Assembly (NCBI RefSeq): GCF_032191835.1
Contig: NC_083233.1
Location: 51,088,001-51,152,000 of the forward strand
Length of the DNA stretch: 64,000 bases
DNA from: Heteronotia binoei
Lineage: Eukaryota
Reading direction: 5' to 3'
The position numbers were made by a program, and so were the translations under genes. Under the pieces are notes generated by a model. That model was not told the origin of the DNA. It saw nothing but the letters and a program-made list of their open reading frames with translations, and did no database searches. The first letter of the stretch is position 1, and every line of letters starts with the position of its first letter. This document shows positions 50,400-60,739 of the stretch, piece after piece.

Positions 50400-52960
50400 T
50401 AGCATCATTAACACTGGCTGATGCAGCTGCTGAAAGAGATCACCACTTCGGTAGCCCTTGGTAACCAGCCGGTGCTTTTCTGGCAGCTGTACCTTATGAC
50501 CTATGCCTATCTGCCAAATTCTTCTTCTCCCCTTTAGTTTTTTATCCACTCTCCTGCCATTTCTCTCAGCCTCTGGTATTTGTTTCCAGCATTATGGCAC
50601 CCATCAGACTCTTTCTCTCTCTTATCCCCACTGGCTGCCTCTCCTCACTGCTTCCCTTTTTCTCCTCTGGCACCCAGAAGGCAACCATCCACCACGATCC
50701 TTTTCTTTCTCAGCCATTGCTGCTACTTGTCATTACTAAAACCTGTCACTGTCCCCTCTCACTAACAGTTTCTGCCCTCTCTTTTAGAGCTCTCTTTTCC
50801 CCATACTGCACCCTGCAGGAGTACCCCACAAACTGCTTACCTGTTCTTTCAGGGGAGCATAGCCCTATCCTATCATCTTTCTTCCCAATCCACAAAGCTT
50901 TTGTCTTGTCTAGATTAAATGTCTGTCCACCAAACACTGGTATTTCTCCCACCTTCTTGACATTAGATGGAAAGGAGAGAGAAAGCTGAGTATTGGTGAC
51001 ACTTGTCTCCAGATGACTGGCAGTTCTCCCCCAGCGGTTCCTTGTACATGTTAAACAGCAGCATGGATGAGATGGAACTTTGCCGTACCCCACAGGCCAG
51101 CAAACCGAAGCCAGAACATCAATTTTCCAGCCCTACCTTCTGGGACCTGCTCTCCAGTAAGAACTGGAGCCAGCACTTCCAGGCCCATCCTAGCTAGGTG
51201 GGTTCAGATAAATAACCATCCATAGTCAGTGCTGAAAGCTGCTGAGAGATCCAGGACAATACAAAGGAACTAAATTCAGTCAATAGATCAACACATATCA
51301 TCTCTCAGGGCAACCACACTGGTTTTCCTGAAGCATAGCCAGGTCTGAATCCAGACTGAAAAGGACCTTGGTAATATGTCTCATCAGGAAATACCTGGAG
51401 TGGTAAACTCACCACCCCATAGGCCAATAATTATTTTTAATTCATGGCCTAACACCTGCCTGTCTTCTGCCTGCTCCACAGTCTTCCCACTGTTGACTTT
51501 TCATTCAAGACTTTGTCTTCAATAATACTGGAAACATCCACTGTGATCTCTCTCTCTCCATCTCTCCCTCTATCAGTGCTTCCTGTTTCCTCACTTGGTG
51601 ATGACACATTTTTTTTCCCTTTTATATTTATTACCTGCTCTCTCAATCAACTTTGGCCTCTAAGATGGTTACCTGATTTATGTTGTTTAACATCTTCATG
51701 TACCCCCTAGATCTTAATTTCTCGTTACCATCTCCCTCACCTCCAACTTGTTTCCTAGATCCTTCCCTATTATAGTGGTTTAGAGTCTCAGACCCAGGTT
51801 CATATTCTCACTGCCATGGAAGCTTGCTAGGTGACCTTGGCTCTAAACACAGAACATTTGCCACGTCTGGTTTGATAAGATCTGGGGCAGACTTGGGGAC
51901 ATAGGAATGTGTAGTTCGTCCTAGCTATACCCTTAAAAGCTGACTTCTATTTGCATTCCACCAATTTACAAGATTATGCATGGTTTACAAGATTATGCAT
52001 GGGATAGAGAAGGTAGAGAAAGAAGTACTTTTCTCCCTTTCTCACAATACAAGAACTTGTGGGCATTCAATGAAATTGCTGAGCAGTTGGGTTAGAACTA
52101 ATAAAAGGACGTACTTCTTCACCCAAAGAGTGATTAACATGTGGCATTCACTGCCACAGGAGGTGGCAGCGGCTACAAGCATAGACAGCTGCAAGAGGGG
52201 AATGGATATGCATATGGAGCAGAGGTCCATCAGTGGCTATTAGCCACAGCTTATTGTTGGAACTCTGGGGCAGTGATGCTCTGTATTCTTGTGCTGGGGG
52301 GGCACAGTGGCGGGGCTTCTAGCCCCACTGGTGGACCTCTTGATGGCACTTGGCTTTTTTGGCCACTGTGACACAGAGTGTTGGACTTGATGGGCCACTG
52401 GCCTGATCCAACATGGCTTCTCTTATGTTCGCCCCCAAATCACTGACCATGCACTATATCGTCCTCCTTGAGCTCCCTTCTGCCTTTGATACAACTGATA
52501 ATTGTCTCTTCCTTGACTGCCTTCCCACTCTAGGTTTCTGTGACCTTGTCCTCAGGTAGTTTTATCTGTTTATATGCTCATTCAACTTTCCTCTTCTTTC
52601 TTTCTGTTGATGTCCTCCAGGGTTCCATAGCTTTTCTATTATATCTGCACACACTATCCCAGGGTGACTTCATCAAATCCTATGACTCAGTGCCAGCTTT
52701 ATACTGATGACTGCTAGCACCCTCCCTGAAGTGTCTCCCTCCTTCCACATCTTCTATTGTCTGTCTGCTTGGATGTCTCATCTCCAGCTCAAACTCAGTA
52801 TGTCCAAGATTTACACTTCTCAAGCCTCTCCTTACTATCCATAGCCGTTGACAATATCCCCATTTGCCTTGTAAACAGACTTGAAGTTTTGGCTTCATTT
52901 TTGGCCATTCGGTTTTCTTTGATCACTGTATTCAACTTGTCACCAAGGTCTTCCTGAATG
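50400..52960 (+). mobile_element. Old L2-like LINE relic with a nested CR1 fragment
   Basis: Pyrimidine-rich ORF2-like text with remnants resembling SAFDT (~52475) and QLYTDD (~52695). Heavily decayed; boundaries uncertain. Confidence 0.45.
51965..52430 (+). mobile_element. 5'-truncated CR1 LINE 3' fragment
   Basis: ORF 51980..52243 (YKIMHGIEKVEKE..FSLSHNTRT.GHSMKL...FFTQRVINMWHSLPQEV) is a typical CR1 ORF2 end. 3' terminus ...TCTCTTATGTTC; 19-bp tandem duplication at the 5' junction. Confidence 0.85.
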
Positions 52961-53596
52961 CTTCATGACTGTATGGGGATTTAAACCTCACTCAGCTGTG
53001 GAACCTCACTAGATGAGCCTGGCTCAGTTTCTCTCAACCTAACCTACTTCACAAAATTGCTGTGATAACAAAACTTGGACACCCCCTTGTGTAAAAGGAG
53101 CGGTTGTCTGTTGTGTGTGATGCTCTTGTATAAGGTTAGGAAAGAAAGCAGGTTCCACCAGAAGTCTATGTTTTCCTCATATGTCTCCCCATTATTTTGT
53201 ATTCTAGGGCTGCCAGCCTCCAGGTGGAACCTGGGGATGCCCTGGAATTACAGCTCATCTCCAGACTACAGAGATCAATTCCACTGGAGAAAATAGATTC
53301 TTTAGAGGGTAGACTTTGTGGTGTTGTACCCCACTGAGATCTCTGTCTTCCCAAGGCTCCACCTGCAAATCTCCAGGAATTTGCCAACCTAGATCTGGCA
53401 GTCATCCCCCCATCCCCCACTGGTAGCCAGGGGGCACTTAGCAACCTTAGTCTAGGAAGAGAGGGCATGGAACAAGTCCTCTTGGCGGGGTAGTCTATAA
53501 GAAGTGAACCAAAGAGTGTTATAGAAGTCCACAACAGGAGGATGCAGGATTATGTTAACCCTCAAGCCAAGAGGTTGTTAATATGCCATATTCCTG

Positions 53597-53654
53597 ATGG
53601 TGCAATTCTAGCTCACCTTCTTGTAGTGCACCCTAGATAACTAAAAAGCTAGAA
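53597..53654 (+). ncRNA. Degenerate minimal HDV-like ribozyme at the 5' terminus of the Vingi-like LINE
   Basis: P1 (AT)GGTGC/GCACCCT; P2 TTCTAGCT/AGCTAGAA (8 bp); P3 ACC/AGT; L3 TTCTTGT; J4/2 CTAA. The nested double-pseudoknot order is preserved. Confidence 0.6.
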
Positions 53655-56600
53655 CTTCTGGCTGCCAGACAGCTGTAGAATCTCCTGGCTACACTACACA
53701 CATGGAAACAATCAGTGAATCAATCAATCAAACAGTCCTCCTCAGGACTACTTGACAAGGCATACAAGAAACAGCATCTGAATCTGCCAAATGAATAGAG
53801 GTATAAGCAGGTCTAACTGCCAATACTTGTCATAAATCCAGTTGGCCAATAAAACAGATTTAGCTTTTATTCAAGAAACTCATCTTGATAACGAAAATCA
53901 AGCCCACTACAGAATGAAAATTGCCAGATGTGATGTTACTGGCATCACATACCATCATACCTACAGCATAGTGATTTATGCCCAAAACAACACTGAAAAT
54001 GTGAAGCTGGCATTGAGCAACATCCACACAATCTAAAAGCTGGGAAGTACATGTGGTCAGTGTTTACAAATCTCCTGCAGCTTCATGGCCAGCACATGTC
54101 CTATCCTTCTGTATACACTGATGACTTTAATGGCCACCAATGAAACTGGAGATACATGATAAGAATAGTGAGGAACTTGTTGACTGGGCTGAAGAATGTG
54201 GCTTGCATCTCATTTTTGATGCTAAAGGCAGAGATGTCTTCAGATCAGCAGCATTGAATAGAGAATCCAACTGTGATTTAACATTTGTTTCATCTGACCA
54301 GAGAAGCCAGCCCTTGTCTATATTCAGACATGTTCTTGAGGCTTCTCCACACAGCCAGCATCAACCTGTAATTCTCAAGCTAGGAATCCATCAGGTCTTT
54401 TCCAAGATCACAATGGAACTTTTTAAGAGGGTGAATTGGATAGGTTTCACTGGATAAGTGTCTTGGATGGGTCCCTCCAACACATAACTACCACTGATTT
54501 GCTGGAGCTGTTATATTTATGGCCAAAACACAAATTCCTTAAGGATATCAGAAAGTATATATTCCAGGCTAGAGCGATCAGACCAAGAGGCCGTGTCAAA
54601 ATTTCCTTGACTGCAAAGACCCAGAAGTAGCAATTGAACTGCTCCATGAACTTGATGCTGCACATGGACAAAAATGGACCAAAGCAACTGTGAATTTGGA
54701 TTTAAGACATTCCAATAGGAAAACCTGGAACCTACTAGAAAAACTAGGTGCAAGCTCACCTGTGCTCTGAGGAACATCAAACCACGTAGCTGCCTCTGAA
54801 GGGCCAAGAATTTACAATCAGGATAAAAAGATTTTGAAACACAGCTGCCCTGAAGACTGCAAGCTGTCAGGGATTTCAGTGCTGATGAGATTTCCAAGGC
54901 ACTGAAGGATATCAGGAGTAGAAAGGCATCAGGCTTTAACTGCATCCATAATGAATTCCAGATCAAAGTGGCACCTTCACTAAGAAGTGGCTCACAAAGT
55001 TTCTCACTGACATGAGAACAGGGGAATTCGAGAAAGTGTAGATAGTTGTTATTCTGAAACCTTGTTATTATTCTGGAAAACCAAAACATCTGGCAGAAAG
55101 TTACAGACCTAGTTCCCTTCTGTGCTCCTGTTTTAAACTCCTTGAGAGGCTAATCCTGAACAGAATCAGTGATGGAACTAACATGTCCCTATAGAGCAAG
55201 CAGGATTTATACCCCAGGTTCTCAGCTTAACAACTTCAATTGAGGCAGGATATCAGAAGTGCCTTAAGACCTCAGCCATTTCTTTTGATCTGACTGCCAC
55301 ACAGTCTGGAGAATGGTCTGCAGTACAAGTTTTTAACAAGTTTCCCCCTGCAGAACAGAGAGCTCTCAAATAACATGCTGAGTGATTGAACTTTCCAAGT
55401 AATTATGTGTCAGTCAATCAGCAAGCAGAAGAAACTGAATAATGGTCTACCCTAGGGCTCTGTCCAGTTCTTTTCAATCTATACATCTCTGATGTTCCCA
55501 AGACGATACCCATTCAGTTTGCTTATGCCAGTGACATGGTGACTGCAGTAAGGCACAAATCAACTGAAAGGACTGAGGAAATACTGACTAGGGACCTCAA
55601 AATTTTGGCTGACTACTACCATAAATGGCAGCTCATCCCAATCCAAGAAAAACAGAATGCTCCTCTTTCCATTTCATAACAATCTTGCCAACCATGAACT
55701 GAATGTCTACCTTAATGGCACCCGACTTACACACAACCATATACCCAGGTACCTTGGCATTACCCTGGGCAGGACCTTGAGCTATAAACACTGCCTTACC
55801 AATGTAGCAGCAAATATACACGTGAAACAACATTTGAAAAAATTATGTGGCACAACTTGGGGTGCATCTGCTACAATACTTAGATGCTTGGTTTTGGGAC
55901 TGGTGTATAGTACTGTGGAATATGGTGCTTCAGTGTGGTTCAACAGCCCTTATGTCTGCAAACTTGATGTCCAAGTTAATACAACAATGAGAACCATCAG
56001 AGGATGTATTAAACACACTCCAACCTATTGGCTACCTCCCTTGCGCTACATTGCTCCCCTGCATCATTGAAGGCAAGATGCTGTTCTTTGTGGATATAGA
56101 AAGATAATTGAAAACAGAGTTGCTCATCCGCAAAGATGTAGCTGATGTGGACCTATCCAGACTAAAGTCCCAACAACCAGCAATAAGATCTGTGCAAATC
56201 CTGCAATCATCAAATAGGGAATGAATGGTTGCAAACATGGATGAAATCAGTTCTACCATAACTGTTTCTACCAGTTCTACCAGTTATCCATAACCTGATA
56301 AACACCAATGAGAGGGCTAAAGGATTTGACTTGCCACATAAAGTATGGAAGACAGCTAACAGAATACAAACAGGCTTTGGCAGCTGTCCAAATGGGGCAA
56401 AATACCAGGACCCAAATGCAATTGTGGTGCAGCCTGCCAAACTATTTTCCATCTGTCAGAGGAATGTGAGCATTGTGCTTTCCTGGGAGATGCAATGGAG
56501 CTCTTTGTACTCTCCCCAGCTGCAATTGGGTGGATTGAAAATGTATATATTAGTATTCAGAGGGACTGCCTTGATCTGTCTGCATATCCATTGTATCTAC

Positions 56601-56668
56601 TAATTACATATTTTATATTATTACAGGCATCCTGTGTGTAACTCTGCCATACATTAAATAAATAAATA
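53598..56668 (+). mobile_element. Near full-length, decayed Vingi/Ingi-like LINE (~3.1 kb)
   Basis: APE remnant (DLAFIQETH), RT remnant FAYASD (~55518-55535), C-terminal KLCGTTWGASATILR..LVYSTVEYGASVW..TPTYWLP, (TAAA)n tail, and 8-bp TSD ATTCCTGA (53590-53597) / ATTCCCGA (56669-56676). Confidence 0.8.
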
Positions 56669-56849
56669 ATTCCCGAGGAGAGAAACCAAAATGAGGTGGG
56701 AGGTCAGTAAGGGAAAATATACGTATTTACTCTGTGTTTGGAGGCAGAAGTCCATAATGAACGAGGAAGACTCATGCAGGTAGCAGCACAGTGGTGTAGG
56801 GACAGTGGCAACTTGTTCTCTCTCTCGGCTTGACTTCGCAAACAAAGAT

Positions 56850-59800
56850 TTAAGAAGGGTGCAGTAGTCCACGTCTGCTGCAGGCTCGCTGGTGGCTGAC
56901 AAGACCAATGCGGGACAGGCAGATCCGGCCACAGTGGCTGCAGGGAAAAGTCTGATTTGGGGTTGGTGCTGTAGCAGTGCGATTCTTCCTCAATCTCCTT
57001 TTGTCCTCAAGACCAGCTATGCGTGCGTTCTCAAAGGAAGAGACAGCCTGGTGGATGGTGTGCCTCCATGCTTTGCGATCTGAGGCTAGGTCAGACCACT
57101 GGTGATGGTTGATGCGACAGGTGCCAAGGGATTTCTTCAAGGAGTCCTTGTACCTCTTCTTTGGTGCCCCTCTATTTTGATGGCCGGTGGAAAGTTCGCC
57201 ATACAGAGCAATCTTGGGAAGGCGGTGGTTTTCCATCCTAGAAATATGCCCTGCCCAGCGCAGCTGCGTCTTCAACAGCAGTGCTTCGATGCTTGTAACC
57301 TCCGCCCTCTTGAGGACTTCAGTGTTGGTCACAAAGTCACTCCAGTGGATGTTGAGGATGGTGCGAAGGCAGCGCTGATGAAAGTGCTCAAGGAGTCGCA
57401 GGTGATGACGGTATAAAACCCACGATTCGGAGCCGTAGATAAGGGTTGTCATCACAACCGCTTTGTAAACATTGATCTTTGTGCCTTTTTTCAGATGCTT
57501 GTTGCTCCACACTCTTTTGTGCAGTCAGCCAAATGCACGGTTTGCGTTTGCCAGCCTGTTGTCAATCTCCTTGTCGATCTTGGCATCTGAGGAGATGATG
57601 CACCCCAGGTAGCTGAACTGCTGGACTGTCTTCAGTACTGATTCACCCACAGTGATGCAGGGAGGGTGATAATCTTCCTGGGGTGCAGGCTGGTGGAGAA
57701 CTTCTGTCTTCTTCAGACTAACTTCTAGGCCGAATAGCTTGGCAGCCTCTGCAAAGCAGGACGTCATATGCTGCAGAGCTGATACCGAGTGGGACGAGTG
57801 CAGCATCATCAGCAAATAGTAGCTCTCGGATGAGTTTTTCCATTGTCTTGGAGTGAGCCTTTAGTCGCCTCAGGTTGAACAGGCTGCCATCAGTGCGATA
57901 GCGGATGTAGACACCATCGTCATCATCTAGATCTACTGCGGCTCTTTGAAGCATCATGCTAAAGAAGATCGTAAAGAGAGTTGGCGCGAGAACGCAGCCT
58001 TGCTTTACACCTATGCCTATTGGGAAGGGCTCCGAGAGGTCGTTGCAGTGTCTGATTTGGCCTCGCTGGTCTTCATGTAGCTGGATGATCATGCTGAGGA
58101 ACCTTGGGGGACATCCTAAACGTTCCAAGATTTGCCACAGGCCTTTCCTGCTAACGGTATCGAAAGCTTTGGTGAGGTCGACAAAAGTCACATATAGACC
58201 CTTGTTCTGTTCCCTGCATTTCTCTTGGAGCTGCCTGAGAACAAATACCATGTCGGTGGTGCTCCTGTTAGCTCTGAAGCCGCACTGGCTCTCTGGGAGG
58301 AGTTCTTCTGCAATGGTGGGCACCAGTCTGTTCAGGAGTATTCTGGCAAGGATTTTGCCTGCGATGGAGAGCAGGGTTATCCCCCGGTAGTTGGAGCAGT
58401 CTGACTTTTCTCCTTTGTTCTTGTGTAGAGTGATGATGATTGCATCGCGAAAGTCCTGTGGTAGTTTGCCTTGTTCCCAGCAGGTGACAAGTACTTTGTG
58501 AAGTGTGCTATGTAGTACTGTGCCTCCATGCTTCCAGATCTCTGGTGGGATTCCATCAACTCCCGCTGCCTTGCCACTTTTCAGTTGCTTGATGGCTTTA
58601 ACAGTCTCTTCTAGGGTGGGGATCTCATCCAACTCTGTTTTCACTGGTTGAAGTGGGGTGAGGTGGATTGCTGAATCTTGAACTACACGGTTGGCACTGA
58701 AGAGAGCCTGAAAATACTCCAACCACCGGTTCAGTATGGATGCCTTGTCTGTGAGGAGCACTTGGCCGTCTGCACTACGCAAGGGACTCTGAGCCTGATA
58801 TGATGGGCCATATACTGTCTTCAGGGCTTCGTAGAACCCTCTTAAAGCACCAGTGTCTGCACACAGCTGGGTTCTCTCTGCAAGCTTGGTCCACCACTTG
58901 TTCTGAATGTCTCGAAGCTTGCGCTGGAGGTTGCTACATGCAGCGCGAAAGATTGCTTTTTTCCCGGGACAGGAGGGCTGAGCAAGATGTGCTTGGTAGG
59001 CAGATCTCTTTTTCGCTAGTAATTCTTGGATCTCTTGATTGTTCTCGTCAAACCAGTCCTTGTTTTTCCTTGTGGAGAACCCGAGGACTTCTTCAGAGAT
59101 CGACAGGATAGTAGTTTTTAGGTGTTCCCAGAGTGCTTCTGGAGAAGGGTCTGTGGGGCAACTGGGGTCCTCAATTCTTGACTGGAGTTTTGCCTGGAAG
59201 GCAGCTTTAACTTCGGCTGACTGAAGGCTGCCAACCTGAAGCTTCCTCCGAGGGATACCTCCTCTCCTGGGTGTGGGTTTAAAGTGAAGACGGAGATTGC
59301 AGCGTACAAGACGATGATCTGTATGACATTCCGCACTGGGCATTACTCGGGTGTGTAAGACATCTCGAAGGTCTCTCTGGCGCACCAGAATGTAGTCGAT
59401 AAGGTGCCAGTGCTTGGACCGTGGGTGCATCCAGGTTGTCTTCAGGCTGTTCTTCTGCTGAAAGATAGTGTTCGTGATGGTGAGCTGGTGCTCCGTGCAG
59501 AATTCTAGCAGGAGGCGCCTGTTATCATTGCAGTTGCCAATGCCGTGTTTGCCAAGTACTCCTTTCCAGGCTTCCGAGTCTTTACCTACTCTGGCATTGA
59601 AATCGCCAAGGATGATCACCTTGTCCTCTGTAGGGGTCTTCCGTACGAGGTTGCGTAGATCAGCATAGAACTTATTCTTTTCTGCAGGATCTGCTTGAAG
59701 GGTTGGGGCATACACACTGAAGAGTGTTGCATGCTGCTTGTTTTGAAGTGGGAGGCGCATGGACATGATGCGATCTGAGTGACCTGTTGGCAGGTTTTTG

Positions 59801-60072
59801 AGTTTGGAGGCAATGGAGTTCCTGACCATGAAGCCAACGCCAGAAAGGCGGATCTCAGCCTTTGACTTACCCGACCAGTAGAGGGTATAGCCAGCACCAT
59901 GTTCTTGAAGACTACCTTCCTCAGGGAAACGGACCTCACTGAGAGCTGCTATGTCAATATTCAACCTGAGAAGTTCGTGGGCAACTAGAGCAGAGCGTCG
60001 TTCAGGGCGACCACTGTCTACTGTGTCAAGCATGGTTCTGATGTTCCAACACGCAAGCTTAAGTCTTTGCAC
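56850..60072 (-). pseudogene. RTE APE endonuclease / reverse transcriptase ORF with one frameshift (~57790) and one in-frame stop (57525-57527)
   Basis: ORFs 57718..60072 (LKLACWNIRT, IILGDFNARVG, TDHRLV, QGCVLAPTLF, LFADD), 57525..57815 and 56850..57512 (C-terminal CSHCGRICLSRIGLVSH) join into one protein. Confidence 0.92.
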
Positions 60073-60687
60073 ACTTTGTGAGGCAGGTGCATGCCTTTTC
60101 TTTGTTGTTATTTTTTGACCGCAAGTAAGGATGCCCGTTGACCGCGGCTAGCCAACTGGAGTGGGGGAGACGAGCTTTGTTTAGGCCACCTTTTCTAGGT
60201 CCCTCTCCGTGTGGAGCAAGCAGTGCTGTCCCTAGATAAGGCTGCTTGGTCGTTCAGGGTGCTGCCGAAAGATGCTTTCGTCTCCGGGTCAGCATCAGGC
60301 GACCAATACCCTGAACCGCCTACATGCAGGATCGGGACTGCGGCTTCCAGTGGCATCTTCCACCTGCCGTTTCGCCCCTTGCCCATCGCTGCAGGACTTG
60401 GTGTGTTGTGGGTTGTGGATGTGGATATGCCCTTCAGGCCTTCGCAGAGGAATTTTTAGGTGAAGCGCAGTGTGCGTGGTACTGGCTCCACCCTTTCACC
60501 TTGGGGTCATCTGCCATGGCCCAGTAAGCCGGGACGCCGGCAGCGAGTCCTCCAGGTGGTAGGTGTTACGTTAACGAGCTCTATCTGCCCGGGTTTGATG
60601 TTAGAGTTTTCCTTCTCTTGGCTGGCGAGGTTGGTGAGCCCAGCCTGCCCATCCGGTTATACCGCCGGACATTCAGTCGCACCATGA

Positions 60688-60739
60688 CGTGGCAAACTCT
60701 GTGAGAAACGGGGGGGACCAGCGGGAAGGTGTTGCCACG
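60688..60739 (-). ncRNA. HDV-like ribozyme core in the 5' UTR of the RTE element (P1 5' strand not found)
   Basis: Minus strand: P2 CGTGGCAAC, P3 ACC, L3 TTCCCGCT, P3' GGT, P1' CCCCCCC, J1/4 GT, 6-nt linker, J4/2 CAGA, P2' GTTTGCCACG. Confidence 0.6.

Larger units (their letters stand above)
30775..53449. repeat. Dispersed family of ~200-bp TAGGGTTGCCA...TGGCAACCCTA MITE-like elements (about 9 copies)
   Basis: Approximate copies: 30775-30974, 31826-32023, 40337-40820 (interrupted), 44579-44787, 44797-45012, 47743-47930, 48286-48472, 49293-49480, 53205-53449. They share TIRs and a core (GGGACCTCAG, AGTCCACCCTCCAAAGC, TTTTCTCCAG). The coordinates span the cluster, not one element. Confidence 0.7.
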
